Assembly: GCF_001194135.2 (NCBI RefSeq)
Contig: NC_068988.1
Coordinates: 64,949,692-65,013,691 of the forward strand
Reading direction: 5' to 3'
Source: Octopus bimaculoides
Taxonomy: Eukaryota
DNA length: 64,000 bases
Shown here piece by piece: positions 13,439 through 27,899 of the stretch (position 1 is the stretch's first letter; every line of letters begins with the position of its first letter). The position numbers and the translations under genes were made by a program. The notes below the pieces were generated by a model, which saw nothing but the letters and a program-made list of their open reading frames with translations, made no database searches and was not told the DNA's origin.

Positions 13439-14254
13439 NNNNNNNNNNNNNNNNNNNNNNNNNNNNNNNNNNNNNNNNNNNNNNNNNNNNNNNNNNNNNN
13501 NNNNNNNNNNNNNNNNNNNNNNNNNNNNNNNNNNNNNNNNNNNNNNNNNNNNNNNNNNNNNNNNNNNNNNNNNNNNNNNNNNNNNNNNNNNNNNNNNNNN
13601 NNNNNNNNNNNNNNNNNNNNNNNNNNNNNNNNNNNNNNNNNNNNNNNNNNNNNNNNNNNNNNNNNNNNNNNNNNNNNNNNNNNNNNNNNNNNNNNNNNNN
13701 NNNNNNNNNNNNNNNNNNNNNNNNNNNNNNNNNNNNNNNNNNNNNNNNNNNNNNNNNNNNNNNNNNNNNNNNNNNNNNNNNNNNNNNNNNNNNNNNNNNN
13801 NNNNNNNNNNNNNNNNNNNNNNNNNNNNNNNNNNNNNNNNNNNNNNNNNNNNNNNNNNNNNNNNNNNNNNNNNNNNNNNNNNNNNNNNNNNNNNNNNNNN
13901 NNNNNNNNNNNNNNNNNNNNNNNNNNNNNNNNNNNNNNNNNNNNNNNNNNNNNNNNNNNNNNNNNNNNNNNNNNNNNNNNNNNNNNNNNNNNNNNNNNNN
14001 NNNNNNNNNNNNNNNNNNNNNNNNNNNNNNNNNNNNNNNNNNNNNNNNNNNNNNNNNNNNNNNNNNNNNNNNNNNNNNNNNNNNNNNNNNNNNNNNNNNN
14101 NNNNNNNNNNNNNNNNNNNNNNNNNNNNNNNNNNNNNNNNNNNNNNNNNNNNNNNNNNNNNNNNNNNNNNNNNNNNNNNNNNNNNNNNNNNNNNNNNNNN
14201 NNNNNNNNNNNNNNNNNNNNNNNNNNNNNNNNNNNNNNNNNNNNNNNNNNNNNN
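13439..14254. other. Assembly gap inside the CELF D-E intron
   Basis: Run of N. Other gaps at 3494-3711, 8244-8830, 12771-12780, 40923-41022, 43723-43732, 46226-46281, 59468-59887, 60899-60998 and 61277-61832. Confidence 0.99.
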
Positions 14255-14889
14255 TTGCTTCACACTTATCTTATGCTTTAAGATGTCGACATTGTGGCTG
14301 TTGGTCAACCAATAGATTAGCCTTAATCCAGCAGGCTTATAATCAAAACTGTTTCAAAATGGGACCATTCCTTTTTTTTTTTTTTTTGTGTGTTTATTGA
14401 GATAGATTGTATCTAGGATTGTAATAATAATAATAATAATGATAGTGGTGACAATGTTGCAGTTTTGCTTTTCTCAGCTTTGATCCAAAGGTGTTCCAGC
14501 CATGACCATCCCATCTTTTATTCAAACATAAAGTACATAGAGACTACTATATAATATTAATGACAGCAGTGATAATCTTGTAGTTTAACCCCAGGTCAGC
14601 CATTATCCAGCAGATTTATAATCAAAGGTATTTAAGCCATGATTATTTGATCTATTTTCCTTTAGACATAATGCATCTAGGATTGCATTATTTCATACTC
14701 TTCCATTTTGAAGTTTGTATACCATGATTTGAAGGAAATTTGACTACCATATTTAACTGATAATAACCATGCTGTGGCTCTCTGGTTTGGTTCATATATC
14801 AACTGTGTATTTTGAACATATCTCTGAGATGGTTTGTTATTGACCGTTCATTTGATATGTTGACTGACAGCTGTTTTATTGTCTTCAGT

Positions 14890-15279
14890 GTGGAAGCACA
14901 ATGGCCCAGTGGTTAGGGCAGCAGACTCGCGGTCATAGGATCGCAGTTTCGATTCCCAGACCGGGTGTTGTGAGTGTTTATTGAGTGAAAACACTTAAAG
15001 CTCCACGAGGCTCCGGCAGGGGTTGGTGGCGAACCCTGCTGTACTCTTCTACCACAACTTTCTCTCACTCTTACTTCCTGTTTCTGTTGTACCTGTAATT
15101 CAAAGGGCCAGCCTTGTCACACTGTGTCACGCTGAATATCCCCAAGAACTACGTTAAGGGTACACGTGTCTGTGGAGTGCTCAGCCACTTGCACGTTAAT
15201 TTCACGAGCAGGCTGTTCCGTTGATCGGATCAACTGGAACCCTCGACGTCGTAAGCGACGGAGTGCCAACAACAACATC
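14890..15279 (+). mobile_element. Full-length tRNA-derived SINE with (CAA)n tail and 13-bp TSD
   Basis: Pol III A box TGGCCCAGTGG and B box GTTTCGATTCC. TSD TATTGTCTTCAGT at 14877-14889 and 15280-15292. Related degraded copies at ~16860-17130 (-), 18757-18990 (+) and 22240-22555 (-). Confidence 0.88.
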
Positions 15280-17412
15280 TATTGTCTTCAGTAAGTTGAC
15301 CAATAGTAGCTGTTTCACTGAACTTGGACACAATGCACCACTTGGGATCGAACTCATGGCCTTACGATAGGGAGCCAAATACCTTAAGCCCTAAGCCTTC
15401 ACAGTCAATTGAGGTTGAGGGAAGCCCAAAGAGATACACCTTTGCCTCTCCACTTGTGTTCTTACATGTTTTCAAACCGTTCCAAAGTCCTCTTTGTCCT
15501 GAACTTTGGATTAGGTTTTGAATATTGTATGAAGCAGCAGCAGCAGTTTCTTCCTTGGCCCATCACATCCTGGATATTCAGCCAGGTGAAGGGTAGGAGG
15601 GCTGAGAGGTGGGGGGTACGTGTGTCTGCTCACAACTGCATGGGCACCTGAAACAGTTAACAAAAGCATGGTGTGTCCTACTGAGTCTTTCTCTCATTCA
15701 TATAATAGCAGCAGTAGGAGGAGTATTGATAGGAGCATTGACCTTGCTTACCTGTTTATCCTCAGTAAGTGGGTTACAGACTAGCAAGAGGGCTTGTGTT
15801 ACTTCATTTGCTAGAAATAACAGCCAGATCACTCGCACCACCCATCTTAGAAAATATGTTGTATAAAGGTGGTCCTTGACTCCCTCTTCACAGGGAAAAG
15901 ACAGAATGGTCACAGTTGGAACATTCTTGGTTATAAGTCTATTCGATCAGGGTTGACCAGAACAACGAAAACAGCAACAAGTGGGTCATTTGAAGAATTT
16001 TGTTTTTATTTTTGAAATATTTCAATTTCTTTTTTGCTGCTTTTGTGCCTTTCTCAGATTATGAGATTGCATAAATATAGATTGGGTGGGGGGTAGAATT
16101 AGGCATCAACCCCCACCACTAACACCAACACCATTTCAGAGTCTACAATGATTGATATGCTATGCATAAGTGTGAACCTGACTTGGGTCTTTGACTGTGC
16201 TATCCATGAGATAAGTAGAGCAGTTCTCAAATTGTCAAAGGTCAGTTCCTGCGCATGCCCATCAAATGATTGGTGGAATTTTTTTCATGAGAAGACAAAA
16301 TGAAGTTTGACAAATCACCCATGTGCATGGTGAACAGCAAGAATTGAAGCAATGACCTGCATATTCATTCTTAATATGTTCCAGTAGATTTGAACCTGAA
16401 TATGTTTAAACACTTGTGTTTTATCATTCAGATGAATGTGTGTTCATAACACTCGATTCATTTGCATAAGGAATCTTTGAGACATCCAGTGTTTCAACAT
16501 TGCTGTTTTTCATCAGCCAAAGGCAACTCAGACTCCTGGATCCAACAAGAGATTATGGTTCTTGTTTAAATTCAGTAAACAATTTTTTTACTGATGTGTG
16601 CTAATATTTACCAACCAATAATAAATCATCAAACACACAGTGAAAAGCAAGATGACTTACATGTTTATATTTAATACACTCCAACAGATTCTGTTGCATT
16701 TTGCCAATGGAGAACTTCTTTCAGATGAATCTTTGGGACATCCAGTATTTCAACATCATTGTATTTTATCAGTCATAGCTACCCTGGTCTAATGAATCTA
16801 ACAAGAGATTGTGGCTCTTGTTTATGACTTAGCAAATACTAGCATTCTGTTGATTATGCCAAAGAGGGTTCCAGTTAATCCGATCAATGGAACAGCCTGC
16901 TCATGAAATTAATTTGCAAGTGGCTGAGCTCTCCACAGACTCATGTACCCTTAATGTAGTTCTCAGGGAGATTCTGCATGATGCAGAATGTAACAAGGCT
17001 GGCCTTTTGAAATACAAGTACTAAGCATTTTTGCCAGCTGAGTGCACTGGAGTAACATGAAATAAAGTGTCTTGCTCAGGGACACAACATACTGCTGCGA
17101 TTTGAACTCACAACCTTCAGCAAACAACAAAGTTTTCATCTATATAATTCTTTCTTCACTATGTTTATAAAATAATTATTATTATTTTATAATTATTAAG
17201 ATTATTGTAATTTTATGAAGGATGACAATTTGTCCCCATACTCATCTACCTACCCACTTTCTTTCTTTAATTACCCCCACCATTAACTTCATGAGGGCCT
17301 AGCATATATGTATAACTGTAATATATTTATACTTCTCTACCTATGTATATTTATGTATCTATTTATGCTTATTTACTTATGTATGTCATGTTCATGTATG
17401 TATGTATGTGTG

Positions 17413-17452
<40 letters not shown>

Positions 17453-17601
17453 CACACACACACATACATACATATATATATGTTTATATGTGTGTGTTCA
17501 TAAATATATTTATGTATATAATGTTCACCTCCATTTAAGTATATATAATGATGTATATATGTATTTATATACAGCCATGCCTATGTTTCTGCTATCTCCA
17601 G

Positions 17602-17745
17602 GGCCGGAAGGTTGCAATCTTTTTATATATCACTTGCCCCAAGAATTTGGCGATGCTGAACTAGCCCAGATGTTCATGCCTTTTGGTAATGTTATTAGTG
17701 CCAAAGTCTATGTCGACCGCGCCACCAATCAAAGTAAATGCTTTG
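17602..17745 (+). CDS. CELF4: CELF exon E (RRM3, first half)
   Basis: Acceptor ctatctccag|, donor |gtgagt at 17746. 144 nt encode [48 protein letters not shown], nearly identical to CELF3-6 RRM3. Confidence 0.98.
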
Positions 17746-20700
17746 GTGAGTAACACTTTTTGTCTTTATTCCATTTCTTTTCTGTATATAACTGTATGTA
17801 TTTATTTATTTGTCATTTGTGTCTATTTTTTTATTTATCTAAATATATATATTTTGGTATATATTTTTAAATTTATTATTAACTTTATTAAATTTGTAAA
17901 CCAAAAAAAGAAAAAAGATAAAAACTTCCAAATTTCATACGAAAGCTTAACATATATATATATGTATATCTATATATATATTTATATTTATATATATATT
18001 TATGTATATATATATTTATACGTATATATTTATATATATCTATATATATATTTATATTTATATATTTGTCATTTGTGTATTTTTCGGTATAGTCTTTTTG
18101 GTAATTCTTTTTAAAAAACAAATTTAGAAAAATGAAAAGATTTTTTTGAAAAAATACAAAAAAAAAAAAAAATGAGCCCTCTTTCCACTGGTGCTATAAT
18201 AGCCGTAATGCCAATTTGTTTTGTCTGAACACAACTAAAACTTCATATTTATAGAGAAGGAAGAAGTGGGGGAAAGTGTATTGCAACTTTCATGCATTTC
18301 CCAAAGACTTAGCCAAATGGCCAAAAGTACTACCCAAAAACTGGCTTACCTCTTCAGAGCCAAGAAATGCTCAAACCCTTAACAACTACAACTTTTATGT
18401 AAGACACACTTCAGAACAATGCTCCCACATCTGGAACAGTGCTACAGATATCCTAGACCCCTGCTCCTAGACAAAGCAATGCATGGGAACCCCTACATAC
18501 ACAACGCAGCATAAATTTGTATTGGGTCCTTAGATCCTTGTGGGACCACAAGTAATGGCCCAGTGCACCCACATCTTAAAACAATCCTGTCCTAGACCAC
18601 ATCCAGAAAAAACACCACTCGACAGAATGAAATGATTGGCCACAACTGTTTGGGTGCTAGTGATTTGGTGCAACTGACAGAACATTTAACCTGTTTTGGT
18701 AACAGTACTTTTTGGCACTAGAAGCAAACACTCACACACATACACTCAGAAATTTAGTGGAGGTACATGGCTTAGTGATTAGGGTGTTCGACTCATGATC
18801 ATAAGATTTTGTTTTCGATTCTTGGACCAGGCGATGCATCACATTCTTGTGCAAAACACTTCATTTCATGTTGCTGTAGTCCACTCAACTGGCAAAAATG
18901 AGTTGTGCCTGTGACAGACCAGTGTCCTGTCCAGGTGGGGAATATATGTGCCATGGAAACCAGGAAGCCTAACTATGACTCAAGAAGGTAACTTAACTTA
19001 CTCAGAAATATACACATAGAAAAAATAAGGAGAGATATGCAAAAATACATTATAAGAAAACCTTTTTTTATCCTTATTTCATAAACTCTTTCAATGCCAA
19101 CCCAGCTGAAACTGCCTCTGGCTTTGTAGTACAAATGTCTTGTTTCCATAAGTTTTTAATTAAAATCTTCCACCAAACCTTAGTCACAGTTTATGTTCTT
19201 AACACCAGCTTAATGACAACAAAGTTATTTTACTAAATCTTTTATTATATTTAAAATTAATTGAAAGAAACACAAAGCATCTCAAAATAAATACAGGGTT
19301 AATATTTCACTAGCCATCATAGTGAAAGTTAAAGGAAGTTTAGTAGTTGAGTAGTTGTGATAACAAGTTTGTTGTTAACTAGAATAAAAAACAAAAATTT
19401 TCACTTTCTCAAAAGGTCCTGGAGACAAAGAGTCTGATATCAAATAAATTAGGGTCAAATCAGCAAATAGGTAGGATCAAAACAGCTGTACAAAAATGTC
19501 ACACACTCTCCACTCAATTCATTGACATGAAGTCATTTACCAACACCTTCCTCATGGTATTCTGGGTCTTCTCTCTGTCTTTTCTACTTCCACTGCTGTG
19601 ATCTCTGCTCTTTAGAACTGACTGGTCTCATGACACCTCTTCTCAGCTACTTCACATATGCTTATTTCTTCTCTTGTCATCATATTCATATTGTATTTTC
19701 TCTCTCCTTGGCCCTGCATAAAACCTCTACATTCAGTCCTTTCTGCCCATGACATCTTCCTCCTAGAATAAAAACAAACATTTCATTCCTACAACAGTTG
19801 ACTTGCAACCATTCAAGAATAATGCTAATTCCATTGACCTCACTAGTATTGGAGTAATGTTTTGTTTGGCTAAGAGTGTAACTCCCTTTGCCAGACAAAA
19901 CCAAAAATATAAAATAAAGAAAACACATAAAATTTAGCAATCATATGTAAAATTAAATAGATTCAATCTGGAATTGAAACTGGGTTGCAGGTCTAAGTAG
20001 CAAACAGCTTACCTCCTGTTCTATCATGTTTTGTATTAATTGAAAGAATTATTTATAGTTTAAATTATATTTTGGTGAGAATGGGAGGTGTGGGAAGGCA
20101 AGGGTCATTATATTTACCATCACTAAATAATTCTAAATATAATTATTATTATTACTATTAAAATTATAATAATTATAATTATTATTTTTTTATTTCTGCC
20201 AGCAAAATATTCAAGAAGACAAAACAAAAAAAATTAGACTGAACATTTTTTAAAAAAGGATTTTCTATCTCAACTTATTCTGAATTATCTGTATTTATTT
20301 ATACATTTATTAAATTATTGATTAATTATAATCTCCTGAAGAATCTATATCTCCTCCTCCCATTTTTTAAAAACTATTATAAAAGCAACGACAAAAATGT
20401 AAAACAAGAGCGACTGAGGAGGGGGGGGGAAGAGAGTGTTTGTGTGTGTATTTGTATGTGTATGTGTGTTGCCAACCTACAAAGATTCCTCAACAAAAGA
20501 CTTTACCGATATGAGGGCAAAATTGATTCTAGATGCAGAATAAATTTACATGATCGTTAAAGAGGCTTTGTAAAATAACGAAGGCTCGTAAATTTTAAAG
20601 AAACATAAAATTATGCACAATATAATAACTAAAGATGACATTATAATGGAACAATATAAAGTAATTATAGGAAGAAGAAGAAGAAAAAATATATAAAGTG

Positions 20701-21145
20701 GGAGAAGGTAGGTGGTGGAGGGTCAAGGTGTGTACTATATTTAGTAATATTAATTCACTTGATATTTTTACCCCTAACGAACTATAGAAGAAACAAAATT
20801 TGGAAAAAAAGAATCTAGATTATGTTTGAAAGCATTTCAGAATGAATTTACCAAAGATATATTTTATGTCAACACAGAACATCTAATTCAATCGAATAAT
20901 CTATGAAACACATTAGACACCCAAGCCAATGAGGAGGGGAGGGGAAACTCTATGAGGTCATAGTATAACTTGCTAGAAATAGTAACGAGACTCTCTAATC
21001 ACATTCCACATTCTGAAACCATTTTGCTTGTTAGCATATTTCTCATGAATTAAGCCTTTTTGGAACAATGTATCTCAAATGACAATCTGGCTCTAAATAA
21101 TAGCTCATAAATTCATCTCTATCCCCCCCTGCCCCACCCATTTCT

Positions 21146-21371
21146 TATTTCTTTATTGCCCACAAGGGGCTAAACATAGAGGGGACAAACAAAGACAGAT
21201 AAATGGATTAAGTCAATTACATTGAGCCCAGTTCGTAACTGGTACTTAATTTATCGACCCCGAAAGGATGAAAGGCAAAGTCAACCTCGGCGGAATTTGA
21301 ACTCAGAACGTAATGGCAGACGAAATACCACTAAGCATTTCGCCTGGCGTGCTAACATTTCTGCCAGCTCG
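21146..21371 (-). mobile_element. SINE family B, full length with TSD
   Basis: Reverse complement of GGCGAGCTGGCAGAA..TTCTGAGTTCAAATTCCGCCGAGG..GGGCAATAAAGAAATAA, flanked by a CCCCACCCATTTCT direct repeat. Confidence 0.85.
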
Positions 21372-22793
21372 CCCCACCCATTTCTAACCACCTGTTAACT
21401 CTCCCCTCACACTCTTATGAAACTAACTATCCTCCAATCCACTGTTCTTATCCTCCTTTATTTTCACTTTCTTGTACCTTGAGATTTTGCTCTGGGACCT
21501 CATCACTACCATCTTTATCTTCTTCCCAGTTACAGCCATCTGCCCTTATATAATGTGGGGGTAGTCACACACCTCCTCTATAGCAAGGCACCTGTGCTTG
21601 TCCTTTGTCACACTTTAACCCCAACCAACACCCAGCATAAAACCACCTCCCCATCTCAAATATTCCACCCAGATAGTCAAGGGGTCTTTCTCACTGTTAT
21701 TTTTTTCTGTCTTGCAAGTTACTTGGCAATCTCACTAGTGCTGGTGGCATGAAAGCACCCACTGTAAAGTGGTTGGCAATTAGTAAGGGCATCTAGTCAT
21801 AGAAACCATGTCAAAGTTGATATTGGGGTTCAACATAGCCATACCACTTGCCAGATTCTATTCAATCCATGCCACCATGGAAAGCAGATATGATGATGAT
21901 GACTACATGCCATTAAAAACCCTTAAATGGGAAAGACACATAGCCGCCTGTAGAATTTGAACTACACATCTACTGTAACCCAGACAATTGTGATACCATT
22001 CCACTAAAATATTTTTCTAACCTTCTTCCATCCAGATTGGACATATTAGTCTTAGAAATGAGAATACTATTTGTTTATATCTAGAACGTATCTGAAGAAT
22101 CTTGAGACATATGTAAATCATATATCTCAAAATGCCAATCTAGTTATTATTTATAGAGGGATTAGCAATCAAAATACCTTGTTCACAGAAAACTCGTTTG
22201 CATATTTCTCAATGCTTCTTTGTAGCCTGGCACTCTGTCAGTTACGAAAACGAGTGTTCTAGTTGATTCAATCGATCAAACAGCCTGGTCATGAGATTAG
22301 CATCCAAGTGGCTGAGCATTCCACAGACATACACACATTTACGGTAGTTGTTTTCAGAAAGATTCAGTGTGGCACCAGGATGTGACAAGGCTGGTCCTTT
22401 GGATCCCAGGTATGACTCATTTCTGCCAGCTGAGTGAACTGGAGCAACATGAAATAAAGTGTCTTGCTCAAGGGTACAACACGCCACTAGGAGTCAAATT
22501 CACAACTTTACGATCATGAGCTGAATACTCTAACCACTAAGCCACATGCCTCCACTTCTTCTTTATGTTCTAATGAAATACATAACCTCTGTCTTTCAAT
22601 TTATTTTGATAAGTAATCAATAATTTGGATAAATTTAGAAAACAGTTTTGTTACCGTATTTCTCTTGAAGTACACTGCCTTCATTTCAATTAATTTTGAA
22701 AATAAAGAATTTCTTACTCATTGTCAGTGTTAAGCTAGTGTTTGGAACATAGCATGAAATTTTGAAGGCAGATTTCAGTTTAGATCCCTTTAA

Positions 22794-22999
22794 CCCTTTT
22801 GTTACCATATTTCTGTTAAAATACATTGCTTTTGGTTTAGTTAATTTTGAAAATAATGAATTTAGTAAAATAATTGTCGTTGTTAAGTTGATGTTTGGAA
22901 CATAAATTTTGACGGAAGGTTTTGATTAAGATCAGTTTCACACAGGAAGTTTGAATCACAGAACTCAGGATGGTTTCAAGTGGGCTGGTATCAAAAGGG
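22794..22999. mobile_element. piggyBac-type MITE (206 bp)
   Basis: TTAA|CCCTTTTG...CAAAAGGG|TTAA. Related copies or fragments at ~2395-2612, 9836-9990, 19085-19300 and 22640-22790. Confidence 0.8.
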
Positions 23000-24508
23000 T
23001 TAAATTCCCATAGGGATAATCACAAATATCTCCTTTTCAACTTCTCTCCTTTCTAATGTCAACAGAGTTAATCTAAAATTAATAAACATCACTAATTTCA
23101 AGCCAGAAATGATGTTTTGAATAATTAAATATGAAATTCAAAATAATTAAATAATTACTAATCAGTTTTTTATATTTTCTAATTCATTTTCATTAAGATT
23201 TCTTAATAAGCAACAACAGAAATTAACTTTTAAGTTTGCTGACGACAATCTGTCATTGCAAGGACATAAATCTACATTCTTTAAAAGTCAATCAATTTAT
23301 GTTGACATTTAATAAACTCAATAAGATTCCTTTGATTTCAAGTCACAGATCACATGACATTTTCTCCAGACATCATCAACAAGTCTTTCATCCGAGAAAC
23401 TCATTTGCTTTCTGAAACAGCTTCTTACATGGTCACTTCTTCAACTAGAAATAGCAGCCAAAAGCATAATGGTTCTCAACTGGGGTCTAGATGGTCCTTG
23501 GGGGTCCATATAAGATTTTGTTGTTAAAATTTATCTGCAATAAATTGGTCATACTTCTATAATACACAAGATATTTTTATAATATTTAAATATGAAAAAT
23601 ACTGTTATTTTTTAAACATCAAATGGCTAGGAAAGTACATGCAAGTAAAATATGAATCAAAGGGATCCATAAGTAAAAATTGATTGCGAAAAACTGGGTT
23701 AGATGAATATATGTTATTAACACATTGCCCTTCCTGTCATTAACCCTTATCTGTTTTTCAGGTAAGGGAATTTTTCCTTACACTTAGTGTAGAGCTAATG
23801 AAGATTTGTTAATAAGGAATGTCAACATAACCACACCATTTATAACTCAATCCTTTTTCATATGAAGCACAAAGACATGGGCATGCACCCCCACACACAA
23901 CAGACTTATGTATGCTTTCTCTTTAGCGAATTCACATACAAGGCATTGACTGGTGAAACTTCACCCAAAGTTATAGCAGGTCCCGTGTTGTGGGACTGAA
24001 CCCAAAATCATGTAGTTGAGAAGCAAACATCATACCCACACAGCCATATTTGCATCAATTAAATGTATGTACAATGTGATGTATGTAAACATTCTTAGTC
24101 TTGCTCAGAAGATTATTTTTGGCTTAAAATCCAAGTTACAGAGAGATTAGGATTAAGAAGACTGTCGTGATTCTGAGCCACCTTTGACTCAAGATTGTAT
24201 AAAACAATGTTTAGTGTGTGTTCACAAGCCAAATTACAAGCACCTGGCAGGTAAAGTAGTTCTGTATATACTACAGCTGTCACTTGTGATCAAGGATGAT
24301 TTGGTATCAGCATGCACTAAGCTTTTACTAATGATTTTAGGCCATCATGCAGTTGCAACCAGTCACAGGTGCTCTCCCCTCCCCCCGCCTCTCTCTCTGT
24401 ACTTTCACCCTTGACCCAGCAGAATATCCAGGATGTGACAGGTGGAGGGAGAAAGGGCAGCACCTGTATAGGGTTGGTATTTTATTTGTAAACCCTGAAG
24501 GGAATTAA

Positions 24509-24717
24509 CCCTTTCGTTACCATATTCATTTTGAGATGTCCTTGTGTTTCTTTCAATCAATTTTAAATATAACAAAGAATTTAGTAAAATTAAGCTAGTG
24601 TTATGAACATAAATTGTAACTAAGGTTTGGTGGAAGATTTTAATTCAAAACTTATGAAAACAAGACATTTGTACTACAGAGCCTGAGGTGGTTTCAGCCG
24701 GGTTGGTATCGAAAGGG
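24509..24717. mobile_element. piggyBac-type MITE (209 bp), same family as 22794-22999
   Basis: TTAA|CCCTTTCG...CGAAAGGG|TTAA; internal sequence similar to 22794-22999. Confidence 0.8.
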
Positions 24718-25164
24718 TTAAAACATAATTGACCCCAGCGGGATTTGAATTTGGAGTACAGAGATCCAGAACAAATATGGCTTTCAATTTTTGGCACAAG
24801 GCCAACAAGATCGGGGGTGGGGGTTAAGTTGATTACATCAACCCCAGTACACAACTGGTACTTATTTTATCAACCCCAAACGGATGAAAGGCAAAGTCAG
24901 TCTCAGCAGAATTTGAACTCAGAACATAAAAACAAATGAAATGCCATTGAGCATTTTGCCCAGTGTGGTAATGAGTCTGCAGCTCAGCACTTTAGAAGGT
25001 AACATACGTTACAATTACAATGCCTTCTGTCTAAGACTATCTAATGACAGTAACAATCAGCAACCTTAAAATATCTGTGTGTGTGTTTTCTCTTTCTCTT
25101 TTTAATTTAGAGTAAATTTTAACTCGTCATCTACTTGGTAGCAAAATTATGTAGGAAAGTATCC

Positions 25165-25335
25165 TGTCTTAACCATCGTCCTTGCAGATTTTTGTAGTCC
25201 CAAATATTGTGACTGTTTGTAGCATGTGAGCTAAGGATTTGTATTCCTTCCTCAAGATCCCAAGTTCAACCATATTTTGCTCCAGAGGGGTTGGTATGTA
25301 TCCTGGTGTTCCAATAGTAATAGGTTTGAAGCTGA
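25165..25335 (-). mobile_element. Degraded RLE-type non-LTR C-terminal fragment (clade uncertain)
   Basis: KPITIGTPGYIPTPLEQNMVELGILRKEYKSLAHMLQTVTIFGTTKICK resembles the PxxIGALG...LQxxxxxGTxKI tail of RLE elements. Confidence 0.55.
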
Positions 25336-25758
25336 AAGTATGTGTGTGTGTGAATATGTATGCATGTATATATAGGAGAGTATTGTAGTTCGCTTGTATG
25401 TATGTATGTATGAATGTAAAATAGCACAAATGAAATAAGGGTTTAACTGTTGGACAATGTGAGAAGTTACAAGAAGTAGACAACATTTCAAAAAGTGGTA
25501 GACAAAGTGTAAGCACAAATAAAAAAGTAACATAAAATGTTGTGATGTCAAGAAAAGGGAGAGAAGCAGATTGACATTTCAGGTGAATCTTTTATCGAAG
25601 GAGAATAAGAAAGAAATCATAAAAAGGAAAAGAAACAGGAAAAGAGATGATACCTGTTTAAAGCAAGTGTAGCTTTTTACTAGAGCTGGATAGATAGATA
25701 GATGAAGAGAGATATATGTAGATAGGTAGGGAGTTGAATAGACAGACATGTGATGTGA

Positions 25759-25835
<77 letters not shown>

Positions 25836-26542
25836 GTAAATGCCTGAGGAAACATACACATGGGATGGAGATGTAGTCGAGATTCATTGATATTATAAAT
25901 AATATCTAATAATATCCAATGGAAGTGAAAATATCCTCACAAATGAAAATGTAGGATGTAGAAACATAAGTTGCAATATATATATATACACATACATACA
26001 CATTTATATACACACACACACACACACATATATACATACACACATATATATATAGATATATATACACACACACACATATATATACACACACATATATATA
26101 TACACACATATATACGCATATACATACATACATACATACATATATATATATACAGTGAGAGAGAGTCTAAGATAGCAATTTATAGCCTAGAATAAATTTC
26201 AAGAATCTAGAGGGAATTTGGAGATTCCACAGAGGAACTTTTCTTTAGATTGAAAAATTCTTTATCGTTATTTGCAGTTTTTGCAAGATTTATTCTCTTC
26301 GATGCTAATGTTAAATTAATACAAGGTAGTTTTTGCACAAAAGAGTAGGTTTATTTTTGTTATATATGGTGGGAGAAAATTAGGACAGTGAGTCGGTAAA
26401 GAAGCAGAGAGATAAAGTAAAATGATTAAGAGGAACCAGACCAGGTCTAACAAGACTTGGCAGTATAGTAGTCTGTTTTCTGTAAGAATTTGTCATGGAT
26501 GGAAACAAAACAGAAGAATTAAAGAAATGTTTGTTAAAAATA

Positions 26543-26598
<56 letters not shown>

Positions 26599-27392
26599 TA
26601 TATATATATATATATACACAGATATATATATATATATATACACAGATATATATATATAAGAGAAATACTTTAAAAATAGAAAAAAATTGTCAACTTATAA
26701 ATGAATAAAAAAACTTTTAGCTACTTCAATTCCTCTTACATTAATGCTTATTTCTATAAAAATGCAATAAACAGCTGATTACAGGGTTGTAAAAATAGGA
26801 TAAAAATAATTTGTCGATTTAGCTGTTTTCTAGATACCAGCACCACCAACACCACTGACACTACCACCACCACTACCATCATTGCTGTTTGATAAATTAG
26901 GAACATAACAAAAGAAGTATTTTGTCTACAAACAGGAATGACTTGGGTTGAAATTCGATTTGATTCCATCCAAGATGGTTGGTAAATGATTCTAAAAAGA
27001 TTAAAGATTAATAAACAGCAACAATATAATGAAAAAAGGAAATTTTTGAAAAAAAAAAAAGAAAAAAAGAAAAAACATTGCAAAGAAAAATAAGTGTAAA
27101 GGGTCACTTTGTTGAATTTAATGTCTAAATAAGTATAATTTAATAATAGCTGAAATGAAATTAGATTAACTTTTACTGTGTGTATGTATTTACATATGTA
27201 TATATGTGTGGGTGTATTTACATACATATATATATACATGTATAAGTATATATACATGCACATATACACACACACAATGTATGTGTGAATATACATATAT
27301 ATACACACATGTATGTGTGTGTGAATATATGTGTTTGTGTGTGTATATGAGAGTATATTTGTGTATTTATTTATATATATGTAGATGTATAT

Positions 27393-27430
<38 letters not shown>

Positions 27431-27899
27431 TAAATACACACACATATATATATATATACTCGTACCCACACACATATGTGGGAACTTTGAACCAAATAAC
27501 AAACCTTGCAATGACAATATAGCTTCAAAAAGCCTGTTTCTCTAACAAAAAGGGTTCTGTTTAGTTTACTGTTCAGTGTTTTCTGTGTGGTTGACCAACA
27601 AGAAAGACACAAAAAAAAAAATGAATGAACAAAATTGAAAACAATTCTGCTTTGAAGTTTTGGAATCAGAAACAAAATTACTGTTATCTATCTATCCATC
27701 CACTGATTATAACGATGGTGAGTTTATTGTATGCAGTGCTCAGGTGTATTGTAACTCATCAGGAAAGGTTAAAAGAGGGGACAAATAGCGGCACTAAGTC
27801 AAGTATAGAAAGACAGTAATAAAAGCCAAAAGTACATGCATAATACACAGAATAAAATACAAAGACAGAAAAGCAAACATGTAAAAGAGCCATAGAAAA

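Noticed and set aside
14890-14965. tRNA gene (A and B boxes)
   Set aside because: It is the head of a SINE with a TSD and tail; no complete cloverleaf is evident.
16430-16850. ~100-bp local duplication (GAATCTTTG.GACATCCAGT..CAACAAGAGATT)
   Set aside because: Degraded intronic duplication or repeat fragments with no splice or coding signal.
26821-26891. Possible alternative terminal CELF exon (ttttctAG|ATACCAGC.. giving DTSTTNTTDTTTTTTIIAV*)
   Set aside because: Low-complexity (ACC)n sequence with no conservation or expression evidence; such acceptors arise by chance in a 19-kb intron.
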